Shown here one piece after another: positions 37,161-49,792 of a stretch of 64,000 nt of DNA (within the stretch, counting starts at the first letter, position 1; every line of letters starts with the position of its first letter). This DNA is from Chiloscyllium plagiosum. Lineage: Eukaryota. The notes below the pieces were generated by a model. It saw nothing but the letters and a program-made list of their open reading frames with translations. It searched no databases and was not told the DNA's origin. The stretch covers positions 23,544,612 through 23,608,611 of the forward strand of contig NC_057718.1 in assembly GCF_004010195.1 (NCBI RefSeq), in the 5' to 3' direction. The position numbers and the translations under genes are program-made.

Positions 37161-38886
37161 ATAAAAATGTTGAGTAGCCAGACAAATGCAAAGACAATAA
37201 AATATCGAGCCACATGGGGAGAAAAATTATGGCTTTTGTTATCTGATTGGCATTTGGACACTGAAAATCTGTCAATAACCTCAGCATTGCCACAGAGCAT
37301 ATTGTGTACACTCCTCAGTGCCAACAAGCAGGGCACATGTTTGCCGGTGTCATCAAACCATTGGGCATGTTCCTCACTGTCGGCAAATAAGGAGCACTGA
37401 TGGACAAATAAGGAGCACTGGAGGACCGGAAGGAGACTTGTCCTCCTGCCAATCGGAGCTCCCCTTCCGTCTGAATGCGGAAGGTGGACAATGAGCTTCT
37501 GAAGCTCCTGCTCCTCCTCTCTTTCAGAATGAATTATGTCCATTCCGTAAATTACTGCTACCCACACTTTGGGTTAAGGCGCAGGACAGTGAAAATGGGG
37601 TCTGCACTAATTTTAGTTTGCTCTGTTTAGTTTGAGTTTCATGTCAGTTTGATTTATGCCCAGCCCCACCCTTTATTCCCTTGTGCAAAAAATGAGATCT
37701 TTTAGAAATGGGAGTTGAATATCTGCAACTGGATGCCTCTTGCCATGTTAAAGGTCTCTGGATTCAGCCTGACCATGTGAAAAGGTTGGTGAATATTGCA
37801 AATATGCAGTCTACACCTTTGTAGATCAGTACATGGGAGGGAATGGGCATAATTACCATTTAATCTATCTCACTCAGCAGGAAATTAACAAGCCCAGGTC
37901 AAGAAAATATGGTAGACTTTAGTTCCCCTGCTCAATACAAAATCAGGAATGCGATAACATCATGCCTGATCTGTCGCTGTCCTGCTCACCAGGTTCGGTT
38001 CAAATCTATTTCTGTGTAAGTAAAGCTGTCCTCTTGGGTCAATAGCTAATATATTGGAATAGTTATGGTGGGGGAGGTCAGCTTGGTGTAAGTATTTTTG
38101 TTTTCTTTCAGCTGAGTGAGAATGGTCCAAATTCCACACACAAAATGAGGATAAGGGGCAGCTGGTAGTCAGCTGCCTTGGCTTTATGGTAAAGTCCTGA
38201 GCACTGTGGTCTCCATCACATAGATTGGGATCGTCTGGTTGATTGCACAGTCTCTGACCATCGATCTCATCGCCCGCCTGCATTCCATTCCTGTGCACAT
38301 CTGTGAGAGTCAATCGCACTATACACACATCAATCATCTTGTCTCTGCATGATCTCCCCTTTTGGAAGCCACATGGTTAGAGAGAACTGCTTTTAACAGG
38401 CTTTGCCAGCTTATTGCAACATATTTCAGTTTGGTCCAGATGGAGCATTGTTGTAGGGTAAAGACAGTTTTGTGACGGCAATCCAAACAAATGAATGAGG
38501 TTTATTAGAAACTGAAATGTAATCTGAAACATAGAAGACTATTCAGCCCATCATGTCCACATCGACTCTCTGCAAGAGCAGCTCAGTTAGTCCCACTCCT
38601 TGACCCATTCCCTGCAGACCTGCAGTTATTTTTTCCTTCAGTAATATGTCTGTATAGAACAAAGAAAAATGATGGGGAATGCTGCCACACCCCACACCCA
38701 GTCTCTAAGCTATGTAACCTGATCAGCAGCCCTTGAAACAGATCCCGAAGATAGAAGTGACCTCCTATGCCTCCCCACTTGAAAACCGCAGCAACATTGT
38801 GGGCATTCCAGGGGCATGGATCCAGAGGGTAATCTGCAGTTTGACCAGCAGCAGCACAATGACATTACAAACTACAAGGTGAAGAT

Positions 38887-40885
38887 ATGATGATGAGTGA
38901 TGAACCTGGACCATCTAAAAGGAAACCAAAAATGTACAACTTCCATGGAATGTGAAAATGAATTTCTGTTCACAGTTGTAAAAGAGTGTTTTCCTTATAT
39001 GTCACCAAAGAGGTAAAAAGGAGAAATTGCAATGACACCACCATAACAACATGCAGTAAATTCAAGAATAGTTTTCCCTTGAACAGCATGCTTCAAACAA
39101 GGAAAGTTGACAAGCTAAAAACTGTTTTGAAAGCTCAACAGTCTTTATTTTTCTAAATCAGCAGCAGAAGGTAAGGCCTGCACTGAAACATGATTTCACA
39201 TTCGCCGTCCTCTGGCAAAACACAAGAAATCATTCACAGATGGCAACTTAATTAAAGAAGCAACAACTGTGGCTGTTGGCTCTTTATTCAAAGACTTCCA
39301 AAACAAAGAAGGAACAATAAGAGCAATCCAGAGCAGGACGTTCAGACTTTTACAATAGCAAGACGAGTGGAATCTTCCTCCAAAGACATCTTTCATTAAC
39401 TCCAGCAGGATTGTGACTGCTTCTCACTGCAGTTTGATGAACCCCATTGACATGACTGACACAGTCCAGCTGATTGGTTTTATGTGCCTTAATCCTTAAA
39501 GACATAACAATTAAAGAAAATCTTCACATCTTTTTTGCTCTTTAAAGAGAGAACAAGAGGTAAGGATATCTACAAGGAATTCAAAAGGTACGTGATTGAG
39601 AAAAACTTTCCAATCAAGAAACTAGTTGTGTACTTGTGCCAAGTACACAATTATTGGTACTTGGCACAAGTGTCAGCTTTGTTGCATTTTTCAGAAATGA
39701 TATTGATTTTCCCTCTTATGTCAAATACCACTGTAAGATCCAGCAGTAAGCATTAGAAAGTAAAGTTATGGACTTCTCTCATGTAATGAAAGTTATTGAG
39801 AAGATTGTAAACTTGATTTGAGCAAGGGCTCTTCAGCACTGTTTGTTTAAATCCTTACCCAACAAACTCTATGCTGCCAACAGTAAACTAATCTTTCACA
39901 TTGATGTAACGTGGTTAAATCATAGAGTTATAGGGATGTCATTCAGCACAGAAACAGACCCTTCAGTCCAACTCGTCCATGCCCACCAGATATTCTAAAT
40001 TTGCCAGCATTTGGCCCATATCCCTCTAAAACCTTCCAATTCGTATACCCATCCAGATGCCTTTTAAATGTTGTAATTGCAAAGGTGCTTGTAAATATTT
40101 TTAAACTGGATGCCTAAAGTTGCCATTGTTCTTTAAACAAGGAATGAAGTATGCAGTGAGCAGTCAGACAGTACATGGTTGCACAACTTCAGGCTCCTTA
40201 CAGACACAATGTCAAAACTGAACAAGCTAAACTGTGAACTGTAGCGAAAGAACAGAGACTGAGCACATATGATTGATGCTGTGAATGCATTCAAGTTGAA
40301 ACCGGTCTATGATCCTCCCAATTACAAAATAAAATGCCAGAACAGTTCTCGGGTTTGGAGAGAGCACAAGATAAAATCAAAGACAAAGACAAAGTGGTTC
40401 CATGCAGAAAATGTCTGTGCATACCCAAGCACATTAGCAAAGGAGTTCAACAGACAATTTCAAGAATTAGATGTGATGGAACAAACTGTGGTGTTTGTTT
40501 CAACTCCATTTCTTCAAGTAAACATTGGTGGGTTGGCCACCAAATTCCATCAGATGTTTGATTTACAAAGCAATGAGGTGCTATGGTGATCATTAATATG
40601 CACAATGATATTCAGCTGAAAGTCAGATCATGGGGCAATGCTTTTGTGGAACGCATAACCAGGGAAAAATACCACTTCTATCATCCTATGCTTTTAGAAT
40701 CATTGTTTTCTTTGTCCCACATGCCTCTATGAGAGACAATCTTCTCCCAAATGAGGATAATCAAGTCCATATAAAATACCTGCCTCTCAGATTCCCATCT
40801 GATGAACTGTGTTTGACTAGCAGCCTGAAACTACAACTCAGATTTCAAGGCATGATAAATAATGTGCATTCACAGGTCACACTGA
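38887..40885 (+). pseudogene. hAT transposase (GTF2IRD2/SPIN-like), many stops and frameshifts
   Basis: Hand-translated motifs: KHKKSFTDGNLIKEA, TIARRVE, FSLQFDE..D.TDTVQL, RTRGKDIY, YHC.IQQ, KIVNLI.ARALQH, HIDVTWL, WL...LLTD...LNKLN, IDAVNAFKLK, IFSQMRIIKS...LSDSHL. Confidence 0.88.
39921..40080 (-). mobile_element. CR1 3' stub inserted in the hAT transposase
   Basis: catagagttatagggatg...gaaacagacccttcagtccaactcgtccatg. Confidence 0.85.
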
Positions 40886-42320
40886 GGCATGGTGAACAGA
40901 GGTCAAATGGAATAAGTATACAAAATTAGTTTTAGATTTATATGGCTTTAAAAATATACTGTTTATTCTATATTCTCTTCGGGATATTCACTTGCACTCA
41001 AATTTAAAAAGTTACATTCTGCTTTAAAGCATTGGAGACCACTGCTCGAGTACATAACACAGAAATGTGAGACATCAGACCTTAAAGCTAGGATAGTCAC
41101 CCACATTCTGATGATATGAAAGGATAGGAAAACCTCAGCACTTTTGTGGTTAATAATCTCTTTCATCTTTATTATTTGTTCAATAAAAGTGACACTGAGC
41201 AATCAAATCCACATTTATGCAGCAGTTACTTACCAAAGTACTGCAAAGGAAGATTGGGGAAGGAGACATGATAGTCTCATTTATCATGCTTTTATTCCTT
41301 TTGTACTTAGATAGTCTCTGAGTGAAAGAAAAATTAAGGTATCAACTAAAGACACCAAAGGGTTTTTAAATTTAGCTCAGTCAATAAGACTGACATGATC
41401 TCGCCAAAATAATACCCTGACAAATCTGACCAGTGCCATCTTCACCAGATGTTTTTCCTAATCAGTCATTTTCCACAAGTGTCTGATGAATACAGCTCAC
41501 TAACAAGTGAAGAGGGCACTCCGCAGAATTGATGCCTCACAGCAGACTCTGTTATAACTGTCTCTTTGAAGCACTTCCCATGCTTGGTCAATACTTTGTA
41601 ACTATAAAACCTAAGAGTTTTCAGGTCCTACCAAGGTATCTTACAGGTCAAACCATACCCAACAAATTGCTCTGGAAAGTTTGCGCACATTTTGGTAGCT
41701 GAGAAATTCAAACTCAGCAGCACATGCTGCAACGTTCTAAAGCAATCAACAAAATTTGAAATAGAACAATCGATAATACTCTTTAAAAAAATTCTTATTG
41801 CCTAATATTAGTAGATCCTCCAAAAAACATTCCAGCAACATGACACAGATTCATATCTTCACCAAAAAGCTAATGGTGTATTACGTTCCATCAACATACA
41901 TTCATTTGTTTTTGAGATGCATTTACAGACCAATAGATTAATAAACAAAGGTGAAAATCTAATCTTTACCCACCTTCAGTGGAGGGAAGGACATTGATAT
42001 TTTATCTTGTGCTTTAAGTACAGTACAGTGACATGCACATTGAGATTCTAGTCTGGAGTATGACAAGCTGTGGGTCTCAGCACATATACTGCCACTAGGC
42101 TGTTTGCTTTTTATCTTTAAGTCAGGCACTTCAATTCCATACTAGTGGTAACATTCATTTATTTGTATCTGTATATAATAGGTTATCAAATACATCTCTC
42201 CAGTATTGTGTCTAAGAGGTCCTTGTGTCACTGACTAACAACAGCCATGACTCTCAGTGATGACCTAACCGTAATCCAAAATGAGCTGAAATTTTAAGAT
42301 ATTGGCTATCAATGGGCTTC

Positions 42321-42475
42321 TAGGAGAAAGTGAGGACTGCAGATGCTGGAGATCAGAGCTTAAAAATGTGTTGCTGGAAAAGCGCAGCAGGTAAGGCAGC
42401 GTCAAAGGAGCAGGAGAAGGGCTTATGCCCGAAACATCGATTCTCCTGCTCCTTTGACGCTGCCTGACCTGCTGC
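42321..42475. mobile_element. PLE fold-back insertion; hammerhead 5' core lost at the junction
   Basis: 16-bp TSD with 2 mismatches, gctatca(at/ca)gggcttc at 42305-42320 / 42476-42491; inverted arms around gggcttatgcccGAAAcatc. Confidence 0.82.
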
Positions 42476-42849
42476 GCTATCACAGGGCTTCCAAAACTGT
42501 GGATCATGTCACCTATTGGGGTCAATTGACCGAGTTTGGGGGTCGCTATTCATCAGGGCCAGGCTCATTGGCTGTTGCAGTACCCAAAGCAGCCAACCCA
42601 GTCAGATCATCCTCATCAACAGGCTAATCAGCCAATGCTTGCTACTCCCATGAATAACAGCAATCACTAGAGCATGTCAGAATAGCAGTGCTGATATTCT
42701 CTTTTGCCTGCTTCGTCACCTGTTCTGTCAGAGTGCTGGAGTCTGCATGAGTTTAATGCGATTGCAAATGGCTCTTCTACTTAACCCTCATTCCCCACAT
42801 CCCAACCTCTAGCTGTCCGCTCCCCAATACAGACAGCTGCTTTCCCCCT

Positions 42850-43310
42850 GCGAGTGTGAAAGGGGGGAGCAAGGGTGATGAGAGTGAGCTAGAGTACATG
42901 CATTATGTGTGACAGAGTATAGTGGATGAGTGTGGGAGAGAGTGAGGGTAAGCAAGTATCCAAGAAGATTGTGACTGAGTGTGACAACAAGTATCACAGT
43001 GTATGTGTGAGCGAGTGTGATAGTGTGAATAAGTGAGTACGTGCAAAACAATGAGAGAGGTGCGAGTATGAGTGATAGTGAGGGAGAGAGGGAGAAAGTG
43101 AGCGAGTCCGTGTGGGGAAGTATGTGCAGCAGGGAGTGAATGAGTGAGAGTCTGCGTTAGTGAGTGAATATAAGAGAAAGATGATATTAACTGTGACTGA
43201 GTGTGATGAAGTGAGACAGTTTGAAAAAGGAAGGATGAGGAAGTGAGTATTTTGATAGTTTGAGTATTGTGTGTGTGTGAAAGAGACAGAGGGAGTAAGT
43301 GACTGACTGT
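42850..43310. repeat. Degenerate (GAGT/GT/GA)n low-complexity tract
   Basis: Recurring gagtgtga, gtgagt and gagaga units. Confidence 0.8.
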
Positions 43311-43730
43311 GTCAAACATTGAACTCCATCAACCCAGTCCAACCCAACATCTACTCTCTCAGCTCTGACCAGTGAGTCCTACCAATTCTTCAAATGAAGG
43401 TCATCAGGGAAATCTTTTCGGAGGGTATCAGGACTGGTAGAATTTATTCAATTATAATAAAGTTGAGATGTTCACAACCAGGACATCTCTGGTGATGCAA
43501 GCAATTATTACCCATCCATATTACTGAGAGGACAGGTAATAGTCAATCGCATTGCCATGGGTCTGGAGTCACATGTGGGTCAGACCAAGAAAGGATGGCA
43601 GCTTCCTTCCCGAAAGGATATCAGTGAATCAGATGGGTTTTTCCTGACAATCCACAGTGGATTCATGATCATGATTAGAGTCTTAATTCCAGATTATTAT
43701 TGAATTTGAATCCAGGACTCCAGATACATT

Positions 43731-43934
43731 GAGGAGAAAGTGAGGTCTGCAGATGCTGGAGATCAGAGCTGGAAATGTGTTGCTGGAAAAGCGCAGTAGG
43801 TCAGGCACCATCCAGGGAACAGGAGAATCGACGTTTCGGGCATTCCTGAAGAAGGGCTTATGCCCGAAACGTCGATTCTCCTGTTCCCTGGATGCTGCCT
43901 GACCTGCTGCGCTTTTCCAGCAACACATTTCCAG
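43731..43934. mobile_element. Young PLE fold-back insertion, 78-bp inverted arms (76/78 identical)
   Basis: Perfect 13-bp TSD ctccagatacatt at 43718-43730 / 43935-43947; arms 43766-43843 / 43860-43937. Confidence 0.9.
43844..43875 (+). ncRNA. Minimal type I hammerhead ribozyme motif (intact core, weak stem I)
   Basis: UC-CUGAAGA-A-GGGC-UUAU-GCCC-GAAA-C-GUC^GA; predicted cleavage after 43873. Confidence 0.7.
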
Positions 43935-44261
43935 CTCCAGATACATTACCTAGGTCTCTGGATTAACAGTCCCGCGATATTACCATGGGGTCATCACCTC
44001 CCCTGTAAATTACCAAATGAACAGCAATAATCATTATGCTACACCTCTTTGCTGGCTGTAATGCTAAGACAGTGAAAGATAAAATTCTTCCAACCAATAA
44101 ATTTAGGGAAATGTTGGAACCAGCAGAGAGCAGGGAACCTTCAGTGGAGGTTAAGCTCCAGAGGAATGGCATACATGACAATTTGACAGCTTTTGGCCAA
44201 GAGTTTGGGCACATGCCTACCTCAGAGATGACGACCAATGCTTCTCCAAGGAGACAAAGTG

Positions 44262-45055
44262 GGCATCTGGAACACCTATTCAGTACTGGCCACTACTTAC
44301 GGAAGGATGTTAATGCACTGGAAACAGTTCAGAGAACATCTACTAGACCTTCCTCTGAAGGTTCTAAAGAAGGGTCATCAGACTTGATACCTTAACACTG
44401 CTTTCTCTCCACAGATGCTGCCAGACCTGCTGAGTTTCTCCAGTAATTTCTGTTTCTGTTTACTAGCGGATTGTGTTTTACGAGGAAAGGCCTGTAATCC
44501 TCTGGAGTTTGGAACAATCAGAGGTAACTTCATTAAAACATGAAGGTTAGTAAGATCCTGAGGGGGATCTTGAAAGGTGGATGTGGAAAGAATGTGACAG
44601 AATCTAGAACCATGGGTCAGAATTTAAAAATAAGGGGTTGTGCACTGAAGACAAAGACCAGGAGAAACATTTTCTCTCAGCGGTTATGAATCTTTGAAAT
44701 TTCTTTCCTTAATGGATACGTGAATTGGAACAGTTTGGAGGATGTGGGCCAGGAGTAGGCAGATGGAGCTAGTATAGTTTGGGATTATGCTGGGCATTGA
44801 CTAGATGGTTTAACAGGCCTGTTTCTGTGCTGTATGACTCTGTGACTCTAAAAGGCAATGGATGTACAGTTTTTAAATCCTTTAAGGCAGAGTTAGATAG
44901 ATTTTTGATGACCAAGGGGATGAAGGATTATTGGGGATATGCAGGGATATAGAGTTGAGGTTCAAATTGGACCAGCCATGATCTTGTTGAATGACAGAGC
45001 AGATTCAAAGGGCTGAATGACCTACTCTTGTTCCCTTTTCATATGTTCTCATGTT
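44262..45055 (+). mobile_element. Old CR1 3' fragment with nested old PLE repeat (~44348-44460) and younger CR1 tail (~44713-44850)
   Basis: YLRKDVNALETVQR; internal gtt-ctaaaga-agggtc...ctctccacagatgctgccagacctgctgag; internal tail tatgactctgtgactcta. Confidence 0.75.
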
Positions 45056-45162
45056 TATAGGTGGCAATTAATGCATACATCAGTCTTGATTTAATAAGGA
45101 TGCGAATGGTTTGCTTTTTACCTATATTTCTCTCACACCAGGGAAACCCTTGTTCTTCTTAA

Positions 45163-45575
45163 TGTCATAGAGTCACAGAGATGTGCAGCACAGTAACAGA
45201 CCCTTCGGTTCAACTCATCCATGCTGATCAGGTATCCTAACCTAATCTAGTCCCATTTTCCAGCACTTGGCCCATATTCATCTAGACCCTTCCTGGTCAT
45301 ATACCAGTCCAGATGCCTTTTAATATAGTAATTGTACCAGCCTCCACCGCTTCCTCTGGCAGGTCATTCCTACATGCACCACCCTTTGCATGAAAAAGTT
45401 GCTCCTGAAGTCCGTTTTAAATTGTTCCCCTCTGATGCTAAACCCATGCCCTCTAGTTCTGGACTCCCCCATCCTAGAGAAAATGCCTTGTCTATTTACC
45501 CTATCCATGCCCCTCATGATTTTATAAACCTCTATATGGTCACCCCTCAGCCTCCGACCCTCCAGGGAAAACATT
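45163..45575 (-). mobile_element. CR1 3' end
   Basis: FSLEGRRLRGDHIEVYKIMRGMDRVN...TRGH; tail. Confidence 0.92.
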
Positions 45576-45758
45576 CTTAAAATGTGCCATTTTGAATCAA
45601 CCTCAGCAAGTAAATTCAAAACACACCCAATCTGACATTGCAGCGTTCCTTCAGTACTGCCTGAAAGTCTCAGCTAAGATTGATTCAGTGGGTAGAACAG
45701 TACAGCATGAACCGTAGCTTTTAGTTCCAGAAATGTGGCTACAAACTGAGCTGAAATA

Positions 45759-45987
45759 CAGGTATCCCCCTCTTTTCAAAAGTTCGCTTTACGCCACTTC
45801 ATTTTTACCAAAGACCTAAATTAGAACCTGATTTTCACTCACTGATAGAAATCCTTAGTGAATTTTGGCTTTTCTGAAGAAAGACAAAATGTTTCCAATA
45901 TAAATTAATGCTTCTTCACGTTACACCATTCGGCTTCTGAAAGGTTTCATAAGAACGCTCTCCTTTCGGATGGGGGGGGGATATCTG
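45759..45987. mobile_element. Tc1/mariner (Tigger/pogo-type) MITE, 229 bp
   Basis: TA-CAGGTATCCCCC...GGGGGATATCTG-TA: TIRs with TA on both sides. Confidence 0.8.
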
Positions 45988-47082
45988 TACAAAGAATTAC
46001 CAGCTTTAGTCAGCAATTCATGGGCCTCAGGACATGATGCTAAAATATGTGCCTGCTGCTTGAGGGTGACATGATTTCATGGACCTCTTTTCAACCAGCT
46101 CTCCTAAGTCAATGAAAACAGACAGAGCTTGATTTTCAACACATTTCTCTAATGCACAGTTCCACCACCATGTGGCAGTTATAAATTACTGCACATTACC
46201 GGCTAATGTTTTTAGTCCCTTCTCAATATATGCCAGAGAAGGCAAATGTCTCTGCATATTATTTAAACATAAGAACTGTTACTTTCATAGGTCACAAATG
46301 AAAACTGCCATCAAAGTGCTCAGAACAATATGGTCAGTGGAAAGCGGTTTCCCTTCATAATGACGTTATAACTGAGGTGTAGAACGCAGGGCCTGACCTA
46401 ACTGGAGAAAGAAACACAGAAACAGGAGCAGGAATAAGCCACATATGGGCCATGAAACTTGCTCCACCATTCAGTAAGATCCTGATCTTTTATCTTATTC
46501 CCACTTTTCCACCATACTCCTTGGGATCCAATGGTTTAACAAAATTGAACTCTGAATGAATTCAATGGTCAAGTATCGATGGCTCTCAAACCGAGAACAT
46601 TCTAAAGAGTCTCCAACCACTGAATGAATAAACTTTTCCCGATTTGAGCCTTAAACTTCTTTTCCTGAGCCTTAAACCTTTTATCCTGAGCCTCTGATAC
46701 CAGGTTCTACATTCTCTAAACAGGAAAAGCTATATCTTCGCATCTATCCCATTGCTAATGTAGTAACACTCTGAAGGCAAAAACTGCATAGTGGTTCCAC
46801 TCAGGAGACTTAACATGGATACGGTTTTCCTGAATACCTCCATTTAATCTGCAAACTCATGACTCTAAAATTCAGGTCAATTGTGCTCTTAACTCTGCGC
46901 CTCAATTACTACTGTGACCTCTCCACCTTCAGCCTCCTGCATTCATCCAATGATGCTGAAAGGAAGTTTGATCTTTGAATTCGGCACCTTATAGCCAAAT
47001 TTACAGTGGAGGAGTGGTGGATATGGAAGTTCTGTGCTTTATTTCCAACAGAATCAGTGTTTATTGACAGAGAAAAGGGGCA

Positions 47083-47757
47083 TGGAGTCATAGAGATGTA
47101 CAACATGGAAACAGACTCTTCTGTCCAACTCGTCCATGCCAACCAGATATCCCAACCTAATCTAGTCCCATTTGCCAGTACTTGGGCCATATCCCTTTAA
47201 ATTTCCTTCCTATTCATATACCCATCCAGATGCCTTGTAAATGTTGCAATTGTACCAGCCTCCACCACTTTCTCCAGCAGCTTATTACATACAGGCACCA
47301 CCCTCTGCGTGAAAAAGTTGCCCCTTAGGCCCCTTTTACATCTTTCCCCTCTCACCCTAAACCTATGCTGTCTAGTTCTGGACTCCCCCATGCCAAGGAA
47401 AAGACTTTGTCTATTTATCCTATCCATCCCCCTCATGATTTTATAAACCTCTATAAGGTCACCCCTCAGCCTCTGACACTCCAGGAAAAACAGCCCTAAT
47501 CAGTCAACCTCTCCCTATAGTTCAAATCCTCCAACTCTGGCAACATCCTTGTAAATTTTTTCTGAACCCTTTCAAGTTTCACAATATCCTTCCAATATGA
47601 AGAAAATGCAGAATTGGACACAATATTTCAAGAGTGGCCTAACCAATATCCTGTACAGCCGCAACATGACATCCCGACGCCTATACTCAATGCTCTGATC
47701 AATAAAGGAATGCATACCAAATGCCTTCTTCACTATCCTATCTACCTGAGACGCATT
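47083..47757 (-). mobile_element. CR1 3' end
   Basis: LYRILVRPLLKYCVQF, RGNFFTQRVV; tail. Confidence 0.92.
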
Positions 47758-48164
47758 GGACAAGGGTAACATCAGTATACCAATTGGGTATGTTTTCAGC
47801 AGAGATCAGGTATCCAGCCCACCACCATCTTTCCACCCACCCCAAACTCACCCTCTTCACAGAGGAAGTGGGTGAGTGTTCAAATTAGCAGTCCGTCTGC
47901 CATATTTAAATCTACAATGCAAGGTCAATTAAGCTTGTTAAAAGCTCAAGTGACCTCAATATTACCCTGCCCACACCATAATACAGTTGATGTGGTCAGA
48001 TGGGTGGAAATCAATAGCCTGTTTTTAATTTAAAGCATTTAGAAAGGTGGGAAGAATAGAAGGAACTAACAACAGAGTGTGCCCTTTACAAATCAGAGTG
48101 TCCTTTGCAAATCAAGATGCCCACTCCCACCCGGAAGATGGTACCTACCTTCCCTTCCTTAAGT

Positions 48165-48600
48165 TAGAGGAATGGTTGAGGACTCTGGGTCTGTACTTGA
48201 AGGAGTTTAGAAGGATGAGGAGGGAATCTCATTGAAACTTACAGAACACTGAAAGGCCTGGATAGAGTGAACGTGGAGAAGATGTTTCAACCAATAGGAG
48301 AGACCAGAATCCAAGGGCACAGCCTCAACATGAAGGGACAACCCTTTCGAACTATGATGAGATGGAATTTATTCAGCCAGACAGTGGTGAATCTGTGGAA
48401 CTCATAGCCCTAGAAAGCTGTGGAGGCCAAGTCATTGAGTGTATTTAAGACAGAGATAGTTAGGCTTTTGATTAGTAAGGAATTCAAAGGTCACAGGGAG
48501 AAGGCAGGAAAATGGGATTGAGAAACATATCAACCATGAATAAATGGCAGAGCAGATTCGATGGGCAGAATAGCCAAATGCTGCTCCTATACCTATGGTC
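48165..48600 (+). mobile_element. CR1 3' end
   Basis: RLRTLGLY..EFRRMR.NLIETYR; ttcagccagacagtggtgaatctgtggaa; tail ctatggtc. Confidence 0.85.
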
Positions 48601-49294
48601 TTCCTCTCCAATTGGACTTTCAAACCCATCCCCCTGCCTTTCTCTACCTTTCCCAAGATGCTCAAAACCTCTTCGCACAAACACCCAATCCACCTGAATC
48701 CAGGGATCCATCGTAGGCTTCATCCTGAGATTGCTTGCAGTACTGGCATCATCCACTATCGAATTCTTGGCGCTGCCCGGATGGCTGATCCAACAGTCAG
48801 ATTGGCCAGCAGTTCCCTCCAGTGAGTAAGACTCCCTCCCACTGAAGGGCAGGAGTTCCTCTCTGCACTAATGTAGCTTGCTCACAGTGTGTGTTATAGC
48901 TGCAGGGTAGGATTCCTATCAAGAGCGTTGGATGGCCATCAATTTTCCTTTGGGGGTGTGGGGAATGAGGAGTTTTCCTCTCATCCCATCTCCACTCCTG
49001 GTAAAATCTACCCATATTATCCTAAACAATTCCAATAATGCTGCTACCTTTCCTGGGTTCTACAGAGTTATACTTCAGTGCCTCAGTCTCTTAACTGCTC
49101 AATGTAATGTGTGCTATCCCACATTCAGGCTCTTTCTTTCTTCCTGTCAGTAATTTATGGGTTAGTGTTTCAAAGACCAAGGACCCAGTGTCCCAGCAGT
49201 CTCTTCTTATAAGTGCACTAAGTATTTACAATGCCTAACTTAGTAATATAATTAACAATTCACCCTTCTCTCCACTCCATCCATGATGATCGGA

Positions 49295-49725
49295 CAGTTT
49301 TAGTTATGGAGAGGGATTGGATGGACTGGAGTTGGTTTTCTCAGAGCAGAAGAGATTGAGAGGGGACTTGATTGAGATGTATGAAATTATAATGGGTGTA
49401 GGCAGGGAAAAACATCTTTTCCCCTTATTGGAGTGATCAATGACCGGGGATATAGATTTAAAGTAATGGGCAGAATGTTTCGAGTGGATATGACAAACAT
49501 TTTTTCACCCAGAGGGTGATGGGAATTGGAACTCTGAGGGTAGTGGAGATGGAAACCTTCACAGCATTTAAGAAGTATTTTGATGTAGACTTGTAATACC
49601 AAGGCATACAAGGCCATGGGCCAAGTGCTTGAAAATGGGATGAGAATAGTTAGGGTGTTTTTGATCAGTGCAGACACAATAGGCTGAAGGGTATTTTTCT
49701 GTGCTATAGATCTCTCTGACTCAAG
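49295..49725 (+). mobile_element. Older CR1 3' end
   Basis: agttatggagagggattggatggactggagttg...ttttcacccagagggtg. Confidence 0.8.
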
Positions 49726-49792
49726 AGTTCTGTTGTTGTATTATTAACAGCTTCTCAACAATTCGGACTAAAAGCCTTAAAAGCATAAAAGT

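Larger units (their letters stand above)
38204..41044 (+). mobile_element. Full-length decayed hAT DNA transposon (Buster/Charlie/SPIN-type)
   Basis: TIRs ctgtggtctcca (38204) and tggagaccactg (ending 41044), 11/12 match; flanks cctgagca / ctcgagta differ only by C/T transitions (putative 8-bp TSD); transposase remnants inside. Confidence 0.8.
43465..44003 (-). mobile_element. tRNA-derived SINE (30903 family), split by a PLE insertion
   Basis: Reverse complement of the 30903-31235 family; sequence is continuous across the PLE TSD. Confidence 0.75.

Noticed and set aside
42903..43319. His/Thr/Leu-rich 138-aa ORF
   Set aside because: Translation of a low-complexity CA/CT tract.
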